Below are positions 1-11,978 of a stretch of 64,000 nucleotides of DNA, in pieces. Position 1 is the stretch's first letter. Every line of letters starts with the position of its first letter. Source of the DNA: Marsupella aquatica (Eukaryota; Plantae; Marchantiophyta); assembly GCA_973895155.1 (NCBI GenBank), contig OZ316895.1, forward strand, positions 2,839,659 to 2,903,658, in the 5' to 3' direction. Below the pieces are notes generated by a model that saw nothing but the letters and a program-made list of their open reading frames with translations, did not search any database and had not been told where the DNA came from. A program made the translations under genes and the position numbers.

Positions 1-86
1 AAGTGCAACATTCAAAACTATTCCACCAGACAGTCAGCTCAGGAGGAAGCAAAAGCAATGAGGACAACGACACAACGAGAACTCAC

Positions 87-264
87 ATGACACTTTGTCC
101 ACTTCAGCCAGCACAAGATCCAGCTCTTCGTCGTCAGATGAATCCGACTCATCCAGGTGCTTGAGAACAGCCTTCACAGCATCCAGCGTGAGAGTAAGCC
201 CACGCATTTTGAACTTCTGTTGCACCCTTTTCATCCGCATCTGCCTCTCCATTGCGCTCGCCAT
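87..264 (-). CDS. POLE2: DNA polymerase epsilon subunit B (DPB2/POLE2), first coding exon; gene continues beyond the left edge
   Basis: MASAMERQMRMKRVQQKFKMRGLTLTLDAVKAVLKHLDESDSSDDEELDLVLAEVDKVS resembles the plant DPB2 N-terminus (K.F..RG..L..DA...). ATG at 264; donor T|GTGAGT at 86. Confidence 0.85.
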
Positions 265-424
265 CGTGCTGGGTTCTTCAGGCGGGCATTGTGTTCGGTG
301 CACGGCACTGCTCACGGTGTTCTCAAAATTGATACATCCCAATCGATGGCAAGCTGCACCCGAACACAATGCCACTCCCAAATGACAGCACCCGGTCGAG
401 AGAAAGGATTATTGTTTCGAAGCT

Positions 425-448
425 GCGGGAATTTTGTTGGCGCCAAAA
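425..448 (-). promoter_or_regulatory. Two adjacent E2F-type sites upstream of POLE2
   Basis: Minus strand reads ATTCCCGC (425-432) and TTTGGCGC (440-447), both matching WTTSSCSS, 160-185 bp upstream of the ATG of a DNA replication gene. Confidence 0.6.
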
Positions 449-1157
449 CAGCAGCCGGTGAGAGTCCCTGCGAATTATACGAAGGAGAAGTTTGCACAGG
501 GAGTTTTCACAGCTCTAAGCTCATATGGGATTCCATTTCAAACGTTCGATATACTCTATACTCTAAAGTCTAGTTAAGAGAGCTTCATGGGATATAATTT
601 GTATCTTATAATTAGATTAGAATGCCTCATAAAACGAGAGTTTGAGCTCTTTTAAAAAATAAAAAATTAATGGGAAATCTATGAAACCCCACAAAAAGGG
701 AACAGTGTTCACAATAGTTAAACCCAAGACCTATAGGTCTCCACTCAAGTGAGCTACCACATAGCCATGCCTCTATGGGCCTTGAGCTTGAATTTTGAGG
801 GGTTATTGTCCATAATGCTCCTGAAACTGGACTTTACTATACTTAATGGCCTGAGAGATTTTATTTTTCTCCAACTTAATTTAGTAAAGTAAGAGGAGAA
901 TCTTACTAAAGTGGTGATCCAGATCTTGGATGGGACATTATGTTCTAGAATCCTTGCAAATACAAAGGGAAAATCACAAAGGTCATTGATACGTTTTTAA
1001 AACTTTGATAGGAGCCAGGGATGACATGTAGATAGTGTAAATATATTCTCATTTCATACAAAATGTATTTCTGAAATGGGAGCTCAGATGGACACAACCA
1101 TTTGACACTGTATACTGGCATGGACATAAGAACTTACTTTTGCAGAGTCAAGAAGCT

Positions 1158-1460
1158 CCTGGAACCTTATGTCTACTAGTATAGATACAAGAACTTTGTT
1201 GTGTCACAATATTCCTGGAACCTTATGTCTACTAGTATAGACACAAGAACTTTGTTGTGTCACAATATTCCTTTAATTTTCAGTGTCATGATATGGAAGT
1301 GTAAGATATTAGATTATATACATGATAATAAGCAATAGACACAGTTCTAATGAATAAACAATAGACACAAGAACTTTGTAGTGTCACAATACCCCTGGAA
1401 TTTTCAGTGTCATGATATGAGAGTGTAAGTTATTAGATTATATACATGATAATAAATACT
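1158..1460. repeat. Compound tandem duplication
   Basis: CCTGGAACCTTATGTCTACTAGTATAGA.ACAAGAACTTTGTTGTGTCACAATA recurs, followed by a duplicated TTTTCAGTGTCATGATATG...GATTATATACATGATAATAA block. Confidence 0.8.
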
Positions 1461-1887
1461 AGCCTGATTAGTCTTTCTTTGAATGTAATTAGGCACAAGG
1501 AGAAAAAAAACCTTCCAGACAAATGACTTCATGCTATTTCCTACTCATCTTTGCCCCATCCTTGTTTTTTGTCTGCACCATTACTTTTAGTTATGCTCTC
1601 ATTTAGAGGCACGGTCTAGAGGCTTCACGCTTGAATGTAGGCCCAAAGAATAGCTTTTGATTGCACTTTATTAGTTAGGTAGTATACTAATCAAGAAACC
1701 CAACTCACTAGTTGGATGAGAATGGAGGTTACTACAGAAAGCTATCAAAAGGATCCACTGGAAAACCTTCTGTTAGTGGTCAAATGTAAAATATGGATGC
1801 AAGTACATTCAAACTATTCATTTGTGACCCTCAGGATTTGAGTGTCCATCCAGCATCACATCAAAAATAATTTCTGTACGAGTACAG

Positions 1888-2045
1888 GGTATCTATATGT
1901 CACCTTATATGGGGTTAATTAGTTGCTATTTCCATCTCTTGCCTGGAACTCATGATCACTAACCCGGGTATCTATATGTAACCATATATGGGGTTAATTA
2001 CTTGCTATTTCCATAATCTCTTGCCCGGAAACTCATGATAACTAA
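1888..2045. repeat. ~78-bp direct tandem duplication
   Basis: GGGTATCTATATGT.ACC.TATATGGGGTTAATTA.TTGCTATTTCCAT...GAACTCATGAT.ACTAA occurs twice. Confidence 0.8.
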
Positions 2046-2379
2046 GCTTGTTTAGAAAGTAATTGAGTAATATGAAGGAGGCCTAAGCAAGGGTTGTAGC
2101 TTAAACCCTGCTCCCAAAATGCTTGGAAAACCTTCTTGGCTGCTACTAGATAGGTTTTACTCACTTTCCGGGTCACAAGTTAATAATCTCAGTCCACACC
2201 ACCATTATCCTATACTTTTTTGTACAGGATTTGGGCTCCCATCCAAGTTCATCAGTTTGGATGGAGATTCCATCAAAGCAGATGAAATGAATCTTTTATT
2301 TTTGGTTGTCTTGAAAGCCAAAAGCAGGCCCATCCAAGAGAGGATAGACGTCCTGCTCTGGAGCATACAATTTTATGTA

Positions 2380-2612
2380 GGGTAACCACAAGGGAACAAC
2401 ACTGGAGGATCAAACAGGAACTCGACAAGAAGGGAGAGAGTGTTAAACCAGGGCCCCAAAGCGGCCCGGCCAAGGATAAACCAATACTCCCATCAATACA
2501 CCCCACCCACACATACACACATACCCTCCACACCCCTTGTGTGTGGAGGAGGGATCTAACCTAACACCACTTGGTTCTAGGCTAATCCCCTGCCCAACTG
2601 ACCACAATTGGA
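2380..2612 (-). mobile_element. tRNA-derived SINE-like element, copy 1
   Basis: Minus-strand head TGGTCAGTTGG (A box-like) ... GGTTAGATCC (degenerate B box). Body alignable by eye to 8210-8437. Confidence 0.55.
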
Positions 2613-4486
2613 TTTCATTTGACTCCACATTGCCCAACCAATGATAATTGGGTAATTTTATACAAGTGAGTCTTTCTAAAATTTAGAGAGCATTGTAAAC
2701 TCAAAAGTGCCAATCTTACTATAAAAGCGTCAAATGAAATCTTTTAAGAGCCTAGGTCTAGAGTGAAACCTCTAGAAACTCCATGGCCATCATGTGCATA
2801 GAAAAAACTCATGAATATGATGTATGTTAACTAGTACATACAAAATTTTTGTAATAATTTCTAAATATTTACATTCACAAAATGAGCACTATGGCCCCAC
2901 CACAACATATGTGCATAGAATGAAAGATGTGCATAGAAACGAGAATGGTATATATATATATGACTATTAAAATATTGAGTTTTTGTTATCATATCATTAA
3001 CCTTTAAAGAAAAAATATTTTGGGAACACTTTTATTGTACTTTCCACCATTCACATTCAAAGAATAGAGAATATATTTTGGGAACATTTTTATTGTCCTT
3101 TCCCCTATTCACATTCAAAGAATGGGTAGGCAAGGCTAGTCACTATGAAACAGAGGCACGGATTTTGAATATGTAATTTCTTCTTTGACCAATTGCTAAA
3201 AGGAGAGAAGGAATATGCTGCTTACCATAATTAGATACATTTGTCAAGAGGACTCTTCATATGATACAAGGTAATCCCAAATCGGTTTAGTACATGGCAT
3301 ACTTGATATCACGGTGGGGGAATTCACAGAACTGAACGTCCAAACGCTGTCGTCTAGATCCAGCAGGGGTTCCTAGAGACTGGCATTCGGCATTTTTAGG
3401 GCCCTAGGCTTAATGACTAATCCAGAAAAAACATGTGTTACTAATGCTCCATCCAGAAAGGAGCACCTGTTGGACAGACTTCTGAATATTACATTCTCTG
3501 CAATCAACCAGAAGTACGGCACTCTGGTGCCTCGGAAGTCCCAGAATCTCTGAACTGATGAAACTCTGGCCCAGTATATTGAATTATGCCGAACTCCGAA
3601 GGACACTTGAAATTATCCATTCGTAGTTCACGTCAGTGTATCCTTTCCTAGTTATCTCTCTCAGGTCAATATCTAGGATCGAAATTGTATCCAAGCTTCA
3701 CTTGTTTACGGCCGACACCATAGCATACACTGCGATACTGCGTCAGTACACTTTCAATTCGAAACACTTCAGATATCTTCACAATTACTTGCTACTGATG
3801 ATGATAATCTACTGTAAATAGTAGTTCTACAGACAGGGCAAGCTTTTTCGACATGGTGCCCTTGATGTCACATGCAATAAGAGCAATCTGGTCCAACAAC
3901 ATGATGAGGAGTCTCTAACCGAAACATGAACTAATCTTCAAACAAACTGTGGACTTTGAAACTGACTGAAAAAGTTGAGAAGAAGACTCGCTTCAATTTC
4001 TAACTTTCCTTCCAAATCAAGTTACATAGAAGAAATGTAACATCGAAAATAGTACAGACAACTGCCTTCAACACCCGTTGACTACAATACAGCATAATAA
4101 AGAAGCTGCTAGCTGAACCAAGGAATGATCTCTACCTGATGATGATAGTCACCATGGACACTAAACGCGTGCTAGTAGCTACAAGACCCGTGGAGACGAG
4201 AAACAGCTCAAATACAAAATTTGAAAGCTGATAGGAGTAATTTCTTGAGAACCTTAGTCCATTGATACTCAACAAAGAACTGGATGGAAGGGTAACACCA
4301 CGCAGTTCCCGATAAATTTGAAGCTCTCATTCCTATCACCACAATACTAATGAAATGTCTCAACGTTTCTTCAAGGCCACTGATAAGGCTTTCAGTGCCA
4401 TATGCACTAATGAATGAATTCCATATCCAATGCCAACCAAGTGATGGGCCAAGAAAATTGTCAAACCTCCGAATCACAGGCACAAT

Positions 4487-7272
4487 TTATTTCACTTTCC
4501 TTTCGTCAATTTCATGCTTCCTCTGCAGTACGGCTGTCCTGAAGCTGGCATCCTCTTTAATAAACCTCCACCAAAACACAGTGATTGGAATAGTGCAAGC
4601 ATGCCACAGTGCATGGGCATCCAGTACACCCCAAAATGGGGGGAAGTCAAAGATTTCCAGAAGCATTGACAAAACTGTCCCGAGAACAACACACCAGAGT
4701 TTGAACCGCGATGGATGGTGCGTGATTCCTGCCCATCCCGTCCAAAGCAGTAGTTGGGTAATCCCCATCACTATGCACACCTTCATGTTCAGACCTGTGA
4801 ACCATAAACGCAAAACAAGAAGCCATCAGAGGCAATCAAGCAACATGTTTGAAAAACTGAAGAGAGCAAATTAGAGGTTCATATTCATACCATAGTCGAA
4901 GTCATAGAAATTGAGGTACATAATGTGGGTTGATGTGAAAGCTACTAATGGGGCGGCAACCATGACTTGTGCTGCTTCAACTCTCAAATCCCCCACTCGA
5001 ATTATTGTAAGCACAAGAGAAAATCCCAACAATGCAATTGCACTGGAATAATCAAGACGTTCGGTAATATTCACATCCCTGCACACCCACATCCAAGAAA
5101 TTAGGGAGGCTTTCAGGGTGTTGACAGGGTTAAGAACAAACTGGAATAAAACCCACTTAGCAAGACTTGTGTTCAAGATTACTTGAAGTCCAACAACTGA
5201 TGTAGTCATATACAACTCTGGGTTCACGACTCAAAATAGACTACGTAAATAAACACCAGACAACGTATTCTCCGCTTCAAAATAATGCTTTCATGTCTGT
5301 ATATGATATAGATCCATTAAAGATGATCAACATTGCAGTCATAGAGAGGTGTCACAGCTCACTCACCGCTTATGGAAAAGGGCACTCCAAAACCAGGAGT
5401 TGATTGCCAGTATGGCATAGGTAATCCATACGACTGTATACTCATAGTAAGGAGCTTTCGTTGAACCTCGTCGTGGAAGTTTGTAGTACACCAAACCGTA
5501 AAATGACAACAAGCCTTGAAAATGGGCAAAAAGGTTCAATACAGAAAAGATGACAGAAGCTGGTTCCTGGGACACATAAATGACAAATCTGTTCCGCTGT
5601 CAGCGGATTTCAAAACCCAGCATAATTTGGCTTTTGAGGGAATGCAGAGCCAGCTCCTACTCAATTGACTCTTATGAACTACACGGAAATAGACACTCAA
5701 TTGGAATCCGCTCCTTTCCTTCATAAGAGAGCGGCCGTATAACACTTCAGAGAAAAACAACTACTCTATCTCGCTTTAAAATTTACGTAAATTCCAAACC
5801 AATTAGTCACCACTAAGGTAATTAGTTTCCAATCACCTGAAGGCTCAGGTAACGCGTAAATGGCCATTTCCCATAGTACTTCATCGGCACCTCACTGACA
5901 GCTTCTCGTTTGGACTCTGTGTCCTTCATACATTCATAACGACATTCACTCCGGCAATCCCACTCCTCAAACACCACTGATAATGATAGTTCTTGAGATT
6001 TCTCAAAATTTTGATTTACACCACTGGCATGGTCTGTGCAGGCAGGTACTTGAAGCTTATTGATGAAGCCAGTATTCTCACACTTTTCGATGCAGGATCT
6101 GAAATGCAAAGAGACAAGATGAAGACATGTGAGAAGGTGGTAAAAGCATTTACATTTACAATCAAATAGAACTAAATTTCAAAATTCTTATTCCATGGTG
6201 AAACCCGCTCCACCATTAGTAACCTAATCACTATTTTACATTACTTTAACAAGGGCTCCACCTACGAATCAACTTGCATTCGAGGAATATTACGTCGTGA
6301 AGCCCTTGCGTGAATAAAAACCAGTAGACTAATACCCTTGAGGTGTCTTAACCGTTTCAGTTTTGGAAGGGAAGCGCGCTGGGATGGAGCATATATGATA
6401 TATGTAAGTCTGGCTTTCGGACCACCTCAATAAACGATTTGCCAGTAAACAATTTTAGAAATCAATTTTCAGTCCTGAAACATGAACTTCACTCTTTGAC
6501 ACTGAAAACAGGTCAACGGATGGATTCCATTTTTCGACGAGTAGTACGTTTCTGAGAAAGGCCAAATGTAATATTTTCGCGGCCGTCAATCAACAATCAC
6601 ACGATTCTGCTGCTAAAATTCTAGAAAGGCTTGAGATCGACCGTAGAAGGCTATCATGGTGGAAGAATCCTCATCCCATCGCAATGACTTCAGAATCGAT
6701 TCTCCAACGTCAAATCCTCTGGCAAGGGCAGTTGCGTAACGAATTTTTCAACGCATTCTAAATTCACGGATTTCTCGCTCAAAACCGTATGACCGTGCAG
6801 TTGAACAACCATCATTAAATCCACGAATAGCTTTGAGCAATCATCACAAGATTTCATTTCAAACCTACTACAAGATGGGAATTTCTCCTGACCAGGGTGC
6901 CAACATGAACCCATAGCCATTTCTTTAATTTTCTTATTCTCAAGGAGTTATCAGTTAGCTCATCTTATCGACAAAATCATCACTAATATTGCGAGCAGGT
7001 CATCAGAAGTCGGAGGTGTTGTCGTCAAGGCTGATTTTCTCCCAGCAAAGATTTTTATCAAGACCGAGCACTTAACCTCTCGTCAGATCAAGACAACCAT
7101 CCTACACCACCACTGCACTGAACAAATCCAGGAAAAACACACAGTACCTGAAATGCGGATGTCTGTCTCCTTCGCTAGCGTAGCAAACAGAAAATGCAGC
7201 CGAAAGAAGGATTAACACTGTTAGGAGAGAGGTCCCTTGCCGCCACTTCATGGCGATGGCTGCCTCCTCCAT
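4487..7272 (-). CDS. PGAP3: Post-GPI attachment to proteins factor 3 (Per1-like); 5 exons: 7148-7272, 5837-6098, 5367-5566, 4891-5078, 4487-4794
   Basis: Signal peptide then SEGD..P.FR.C; WDCRSECRYECM, KYYGKWPF, QEPAS..FS..N, WFWSALFH.RD...TERLDY, THIMYLNFYDFDYG.NM, LEIFDFPPFWGVLDAHALWH. All junctions are GT-AG with consistent phase. Confidence 0.95.
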
Positions 7273-7656
7273 GTCTCCCCCTCTCTCACAAACCGGCAAC
7301 GGCGGAGGTCCTCCGACCGGCCCTGCGCCCAGAACTTCAAGAGATTCTACCAAACCCAACCAAGCTCTGTCGTTGCAATATCCTCCAAGATCAATCACAT
7401 TCCCTCAAAATCCCGAAGCCGTGGTGGCCACCCAACTCTTCAGCATACCCTCCCAATTCTTCCTCTGCTCCAAACTGGCGGTGCCCACCTGTGATCCCAG
7501 GACCTCTGCTCCAATCAGCCTCAGCTTCTTCTGGAAAAATGGCGCCCCTCTGCCTTCCTGTCCCAACTTGCGCAATTCCACTACCACTAACTCCCTTCAC
7601 AACCTCGGCGCACATTATTCTTCCGCACTCTTACCAGCTTTGCTTCTGCATTTCTT

Positions 7657-7775
7657 CTTCTCCCTCCCGCGCCATTCCACACTACGACTCCTCCTGTCTT
7701 CCGCAATCCTTTCCTTCTCCCTCCCGCGCCATTCCACACTACGACTCCTCCTGTCTTCCGCAATCCTTTCCTTCT
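7657..7775. repeat. Perfect 57-bp tandem duplication upstream of PGAP3
   Basis: CTTCTCCCTCCCGCGCCATTCCACACTACGACTCCTCCTGTCTTCCGCAATCCTTTC starts at 7657 and at 7714. Confidence 0.9.
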
Positions 7776-8209
7776 GCTGCTGCGGAAGACTGGCTCCCTT
7801 CTTTGCTTCGCGTCCTGGGCTCAGCACTCCTCACTAGCAACTCTGGAACCAGCACCGAGACTGGAGAAAGTCGCCGCTTTCAAGTCCCGCCAGGCCACCA
7901 CAGGACAGGACAGGCCTGGCCTGAGGGGATCCTTCTTCAAGCACTGTCTTGTTCTCAAGAAAGGTACTTCGCAGCTACTACAGTGCCCACTACTTCTACT
8001 TCTTCGAATCTAGTCTATTCGCATGATTCAATACAGAGAGGAGAAAAAAAACCTTGGGAAAACAAACATTTCATGCTCTTTCTTTTCATGCCATTTTTTG
8101 TTCATCTTTGCCCCATCCCTCGGTGTTTGTGTGCCCCCACACTTTCTTCTTTTGCCTTGAAACCGCTGACCCAGCCAACAGAGGATCGACAATCAACTCC
8201 AGAGCATCC

Positions 8210-8437
8210 AGGGTAGCCCACAAGGGGGGTCATACCCAGGACCCCCGAGGGAGAGAGGGTTGGACCAGAGCCCCAAAGCGGACCAGCCAGGGGCTGAGGA
8301 GAAACCAGGACTCTCATCAGTACACCTCACCCACACACAAACTCACCCTCCACAACCCTTGCATGCGGAGGGGGGATTGAACTTGGGACCTCTGGGTTCT
8401 AGGCTCATCCCCTCGCTAACTGACCAAAGCCGGTTGG
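8210..8437 (-). mobile_element. tRNA-derived SINE-like element, copy 2
   Basis: Minus strand GGCTTTGGTCAGTTAGCGAGGGGATGAGCCTAGAACCCAGAGGTCCCAAGTTCAATCCCC: A box-like TGGTCAGTTAG and B box GTTCAATCC with tRNA-like spacing. Homologous to 2380-2612. Confidence 0.6.
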
Positions 8438-10413
8438 TTCTGCACCCACATTTTCAGTTCTGCCCTGAGTTAGAGTGATGGTCTAAAGGCCTCACTCTAG
8501 ACAGTACGTCCAGGCGCTTCATTATTAAGATATCATGGTGCTAAAGAGCAAAGATGCCAAGTCTCCTAGCCTAGTGTATATCATGGTGCCGAAGAACAAA
8601 GATGCCAAACTGGGATACAAGATCCCTAAGGCAAAAGACCCAATAAAGGGGGACAAGTGAAAGACCTCAAGAGGACTAAAGAGGCCCCACCAATTGCTAA
8701 TGAACAAAAGCTCACAAATGAATAGAGAAGACAAAAAGCTAGTTGGCGGAAAACTGAAAATCTTGGTAGAACTTTCACTGGAGTAAACCGATTAGGAGGG
8801 TCATGTGGGGCGGCTGCACCAGAGGGCAGGTCGGGGACGTGGCCGAGGAAGAAAGAGATAGGATGGGGGAATGTGGAGAGGATGGCTTCTGGTCACAGGG
8901 TCTGAGGGATGAAGCAAAAGAGAGGACAGCAAAAGAGAGGACGGTGAAGCTAGGGGACAAGTCTGCATGTATAGTCTTGTAGTAGGCGAAAGTGAAGTCC
9001 CCATGGATCTCAATATTTGACACAATGCCCGGACACTCCAGCCCACCCTAGATGGCCAGGAGAAAAACATTTCTTGTAGTCAGATAACATTTTTCATGAA
9101 ATAATCCATATTTTTCTGGTCAAATGGACACCAGAAAATTATGTCCCTGTACTCAGTACTCAGATGACACTTTTCTTTGGAACACAAGTCCATACTTTTC
9201 TGGTCTACAGCAGCCTGGTCCTGGAAGTGATCCATCGGAGCAGTACTGTTTGTAGTACCTGTTAGTATTAGGGATTCATCTTGCAGAACATAATGCTCCA
9301 ATCCACCATAATCTGAAACCATGTCTCTGAGATGGACCTAGCAGTTTTTGAGACCCCCTTCACCCAAATTTGTCGGTAAATTGGACAGAGTTTTTACTTG
9401 GTGAACCGGGTACTTTAAGAGAGTCCCAAAGAACTGTATCAATCCCAAGTGCAGGAGACCCAACAGTCATTAAAAGTTATTTAAAATAGTCACAAGAACT
9501 ATTTTAAAATGATTTAAAACAGTCTACTGTCACGGATTGGCCAAAATGAAAAGCCCTCGGAAAGGCAACCTTGGGGCCTTTATTCTGGACGAATACATTC
9601 ACCTTCCACTGAAAAGTGACCGTTCATACAAAAAATATTTAATTCAGATCAGCGTCTTACAGTAGATGATTCCATTTGGTATTATTTTGTCAAACGTTGT
9701 GGTCCATCCTGGATCTGTTTTCCACTTTTTCGGCTTTGCACGTTACTGATTATTGAGCTCTGTTTCTTTTGATTGCTCGCCATTGGCTGTTGTGGGACTG
9801 CGGGGGGCAGGAGGGGCGACCACCACTCTTTTAAGGAAGATCTACGGCCAGTATCGCCCCCTTCAAGTGGAAGCAAACTAGATAGCCGTTAGATCTGGAA
9901 CGCACGGGCTGGTTCCCGGAATGACTGAGCCGGTGGAGGGCCCGGGGGTACTACTATGTCACGGTTCAGAAGTAAAGTTACTCGTGCAGTTAATGTTCGT
10001 AGAGTTTTGATGTCGATGTGTACGAATGGCTGGAATGAATCTCAGTCGTTTGTAGTTTGAAACGGACGGCCTGGATATGGGTCTTCCTTGGAGTGTACGA
10101 ACTGAGAGAGGATTTTTCTGAAATGCTCTCCCACAAAACTTGTCCGTGAAATGTTGCTTTGCACGAACTATCCCAACTCAAACAGCCTGTGCTTTCCCAA
10201 TGCCCAAGCACATTGCTCGTTGATCTCCCTGGTAGTTTTCTCTTGTCTCCTCTCCTTTATTGGGGAAAGTGAAGCCCAGGTGGATCACATCACCATGTTG
10301 GACACACTACTCCCTCCCTATGGACCACATTTAGGCGTCCATGTGAGTTTCAAGCTTCTAATTTGATGATTTTGAATTATTTTAAAAGATTTACTTAGAA
10401 ACCTTAAAAAGAG

Positions 10414-11400
10414 TGAGGGGAATGTGATGAAAGGGAGGAGATTACCTTAGAGGTAAGAAGTGAGGGGAATGTGCAAAAAAAGAAGAAGTCTTGGACAATT
10501 CCCCCTTATATATGGGGGAATGTGGATTGAAAAAAAATAGAAGTCTTGGAGGCCTTCTATTCCTGCTTATATATGGAGGAATGTGGAAATTAATATTCCC
10601 CGTTTATGTATGGGGGAATGTGGAAATGGTGAGAAGTATTGGACACTTCCCCTTATATATGGGTAGTATTGGTTTTATGCAAAACAAGACATAATTAAAG
10701 AGGGGGGAACATTTTGCTTGGACAAAACTTATATTCCAGCCAAATTCTTTTGGATAAGTCAAAATAGGCATGTATTAGGATGAACATGCTATTAATCGGG
10801 TAAGGCCTAGACCATGTTAAATGGTTTATCCATCTTGTCAATTTGTCAATCTTCCCATTCTAGCTTGAAAGCTTGAAATGTATAGCTCTATCAATTCTTA
10901 AGGAATGTTGGTGATATTATAATATACTCTGACCAGTTGAAAACATTCTGGTTTTATGAAATCCGGAAGAGCGTTGGCAAGTGCAGGTGTAAGGGTTGTC
11001 GTGGGATTGTAGCTAGGGTTCACAAGCTAGGTCCATCCGACCATGACATTTATTGTGGTTTTAAATAAAAAGAAGGTATGCAAAACAAGACATAATAAAA
11101 GAGGGGGAGAACATTTTATTTGATGTGAAAAGGGAGAACTCTTGCACCCCCCTTATACATGGGTAGTTGTGGTTTTAAATAAAAGAAGGTATGCAAAACA
11201 AGACATAATAAAAGAGGGGGAGAACATTTTATTTGATGTGAAAAGGGAGAAGTCTTGGACCCCCCTTATGCATGGCCGGGTAGTTGTGGATTTAAAAAAA
11301 TAATTAAAAAGGTGTGCGAAACAAGACATAATAATAGAAGAAGGGGGGGGGAGAGACATTTTGTTTGGACGAAACTTGTATTTGAGTAAGGGCCTCGACC
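10414..11400. repeat. Degenerate arrays: GGGGAATGTG units and ~115-bp units
   Basis: GGGGAATGTG-like motif recurs 10414-10625; TATGCAAAACAAGACATAA...AGAGGGGG.GAACATTTT recurs at ~10676, 11076, 11189, 11312. Confidence 0.75.
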
Positions 11401-11978
11401 ATTCTGTTGAGCTCGCACACCACGAAGATCGATCCATATGCATGCTGTGATGATGACGAAAGAAAGCGATAGAGCCCGAGAAAGACCGACGTCCGCTTCT
11501 CTGGAGATCAGAGTGCGTTTCGTCGGTCTGAGAAAGCTCATCATCATCGTCGAACGGTCTATCTGCTGAGAACCCCGAATTGGAACGGGCTTCTATTCCG
11601 AGGTCTCTCTCTCATCTTTAACGTCGTTTCAAGAAATTGCAAGAATCGCAAAGAGTCTGAGATGTTCGAGAGACTCTTTGCGTCGAGTCTGAGAAGCCAA
11701 AGGGGTTCAGCGAGCGTTCAGAACGTATATCATTCGAAGGAATCAGAATTGGACTGGACATTGAAACAAGGAAGTGTAGCCAGCCAATTCGACACTCTAG
11801 CGAGTCTTGTAGACAGAGCCGCGGAGATCGATCTTGTTTTGGTAGCGGACGAACGTTCAACTTCATCAGGAGATCAATAGCTACAAGCTCACGCACCGAT
11901 CATTGAGATATAGATGAAATCTTCCGTCTGAATTGGACGTGAGTGACGTAGTTCGTAGTTGATTCGTCGTGAGAGAGG

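Larger units (their letters stand above)
1613..2777. mobile_element. Possible old non-autonomous TIR element containing a SINE-like insert
   Basis: Left end TCTAGAGGCTTCACGCTTGAATGTAGGCCC is an imperfect inverted copy of right end GAGCCTAGGTCTAGAGTGAAACCTCTAGA, with weak similarity over ~60 bp. No TSD recognised. Confidence 0.35.

Noticed and set aside
4350-4874. 174-aa plus-strand ORF
   Set aside because: Antisense shadow of the last PGAP3 exon.
7194-8216. 340-aa plus-strand ORF (and 7250-7837)
   Set aside because: Pro/Ser/Leu-rich mirror of a pyrimidine-skewed region antisense to the PGAP3 5' end; no recognisable domain.
8370-8437. Possible tRNA gene
   Set aside because: A/B boxes are present but I could not build a convincing acceptor stem or cloverleaf, and homology to the second copy extends far beyond tRNA length; treated as a SINE head.
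9990-10030. VHIDIKTL on the minus strand resembling the IS481 transposase motif
   Set aside because: No other DDE motifs in the surrounding frame; too short to support.
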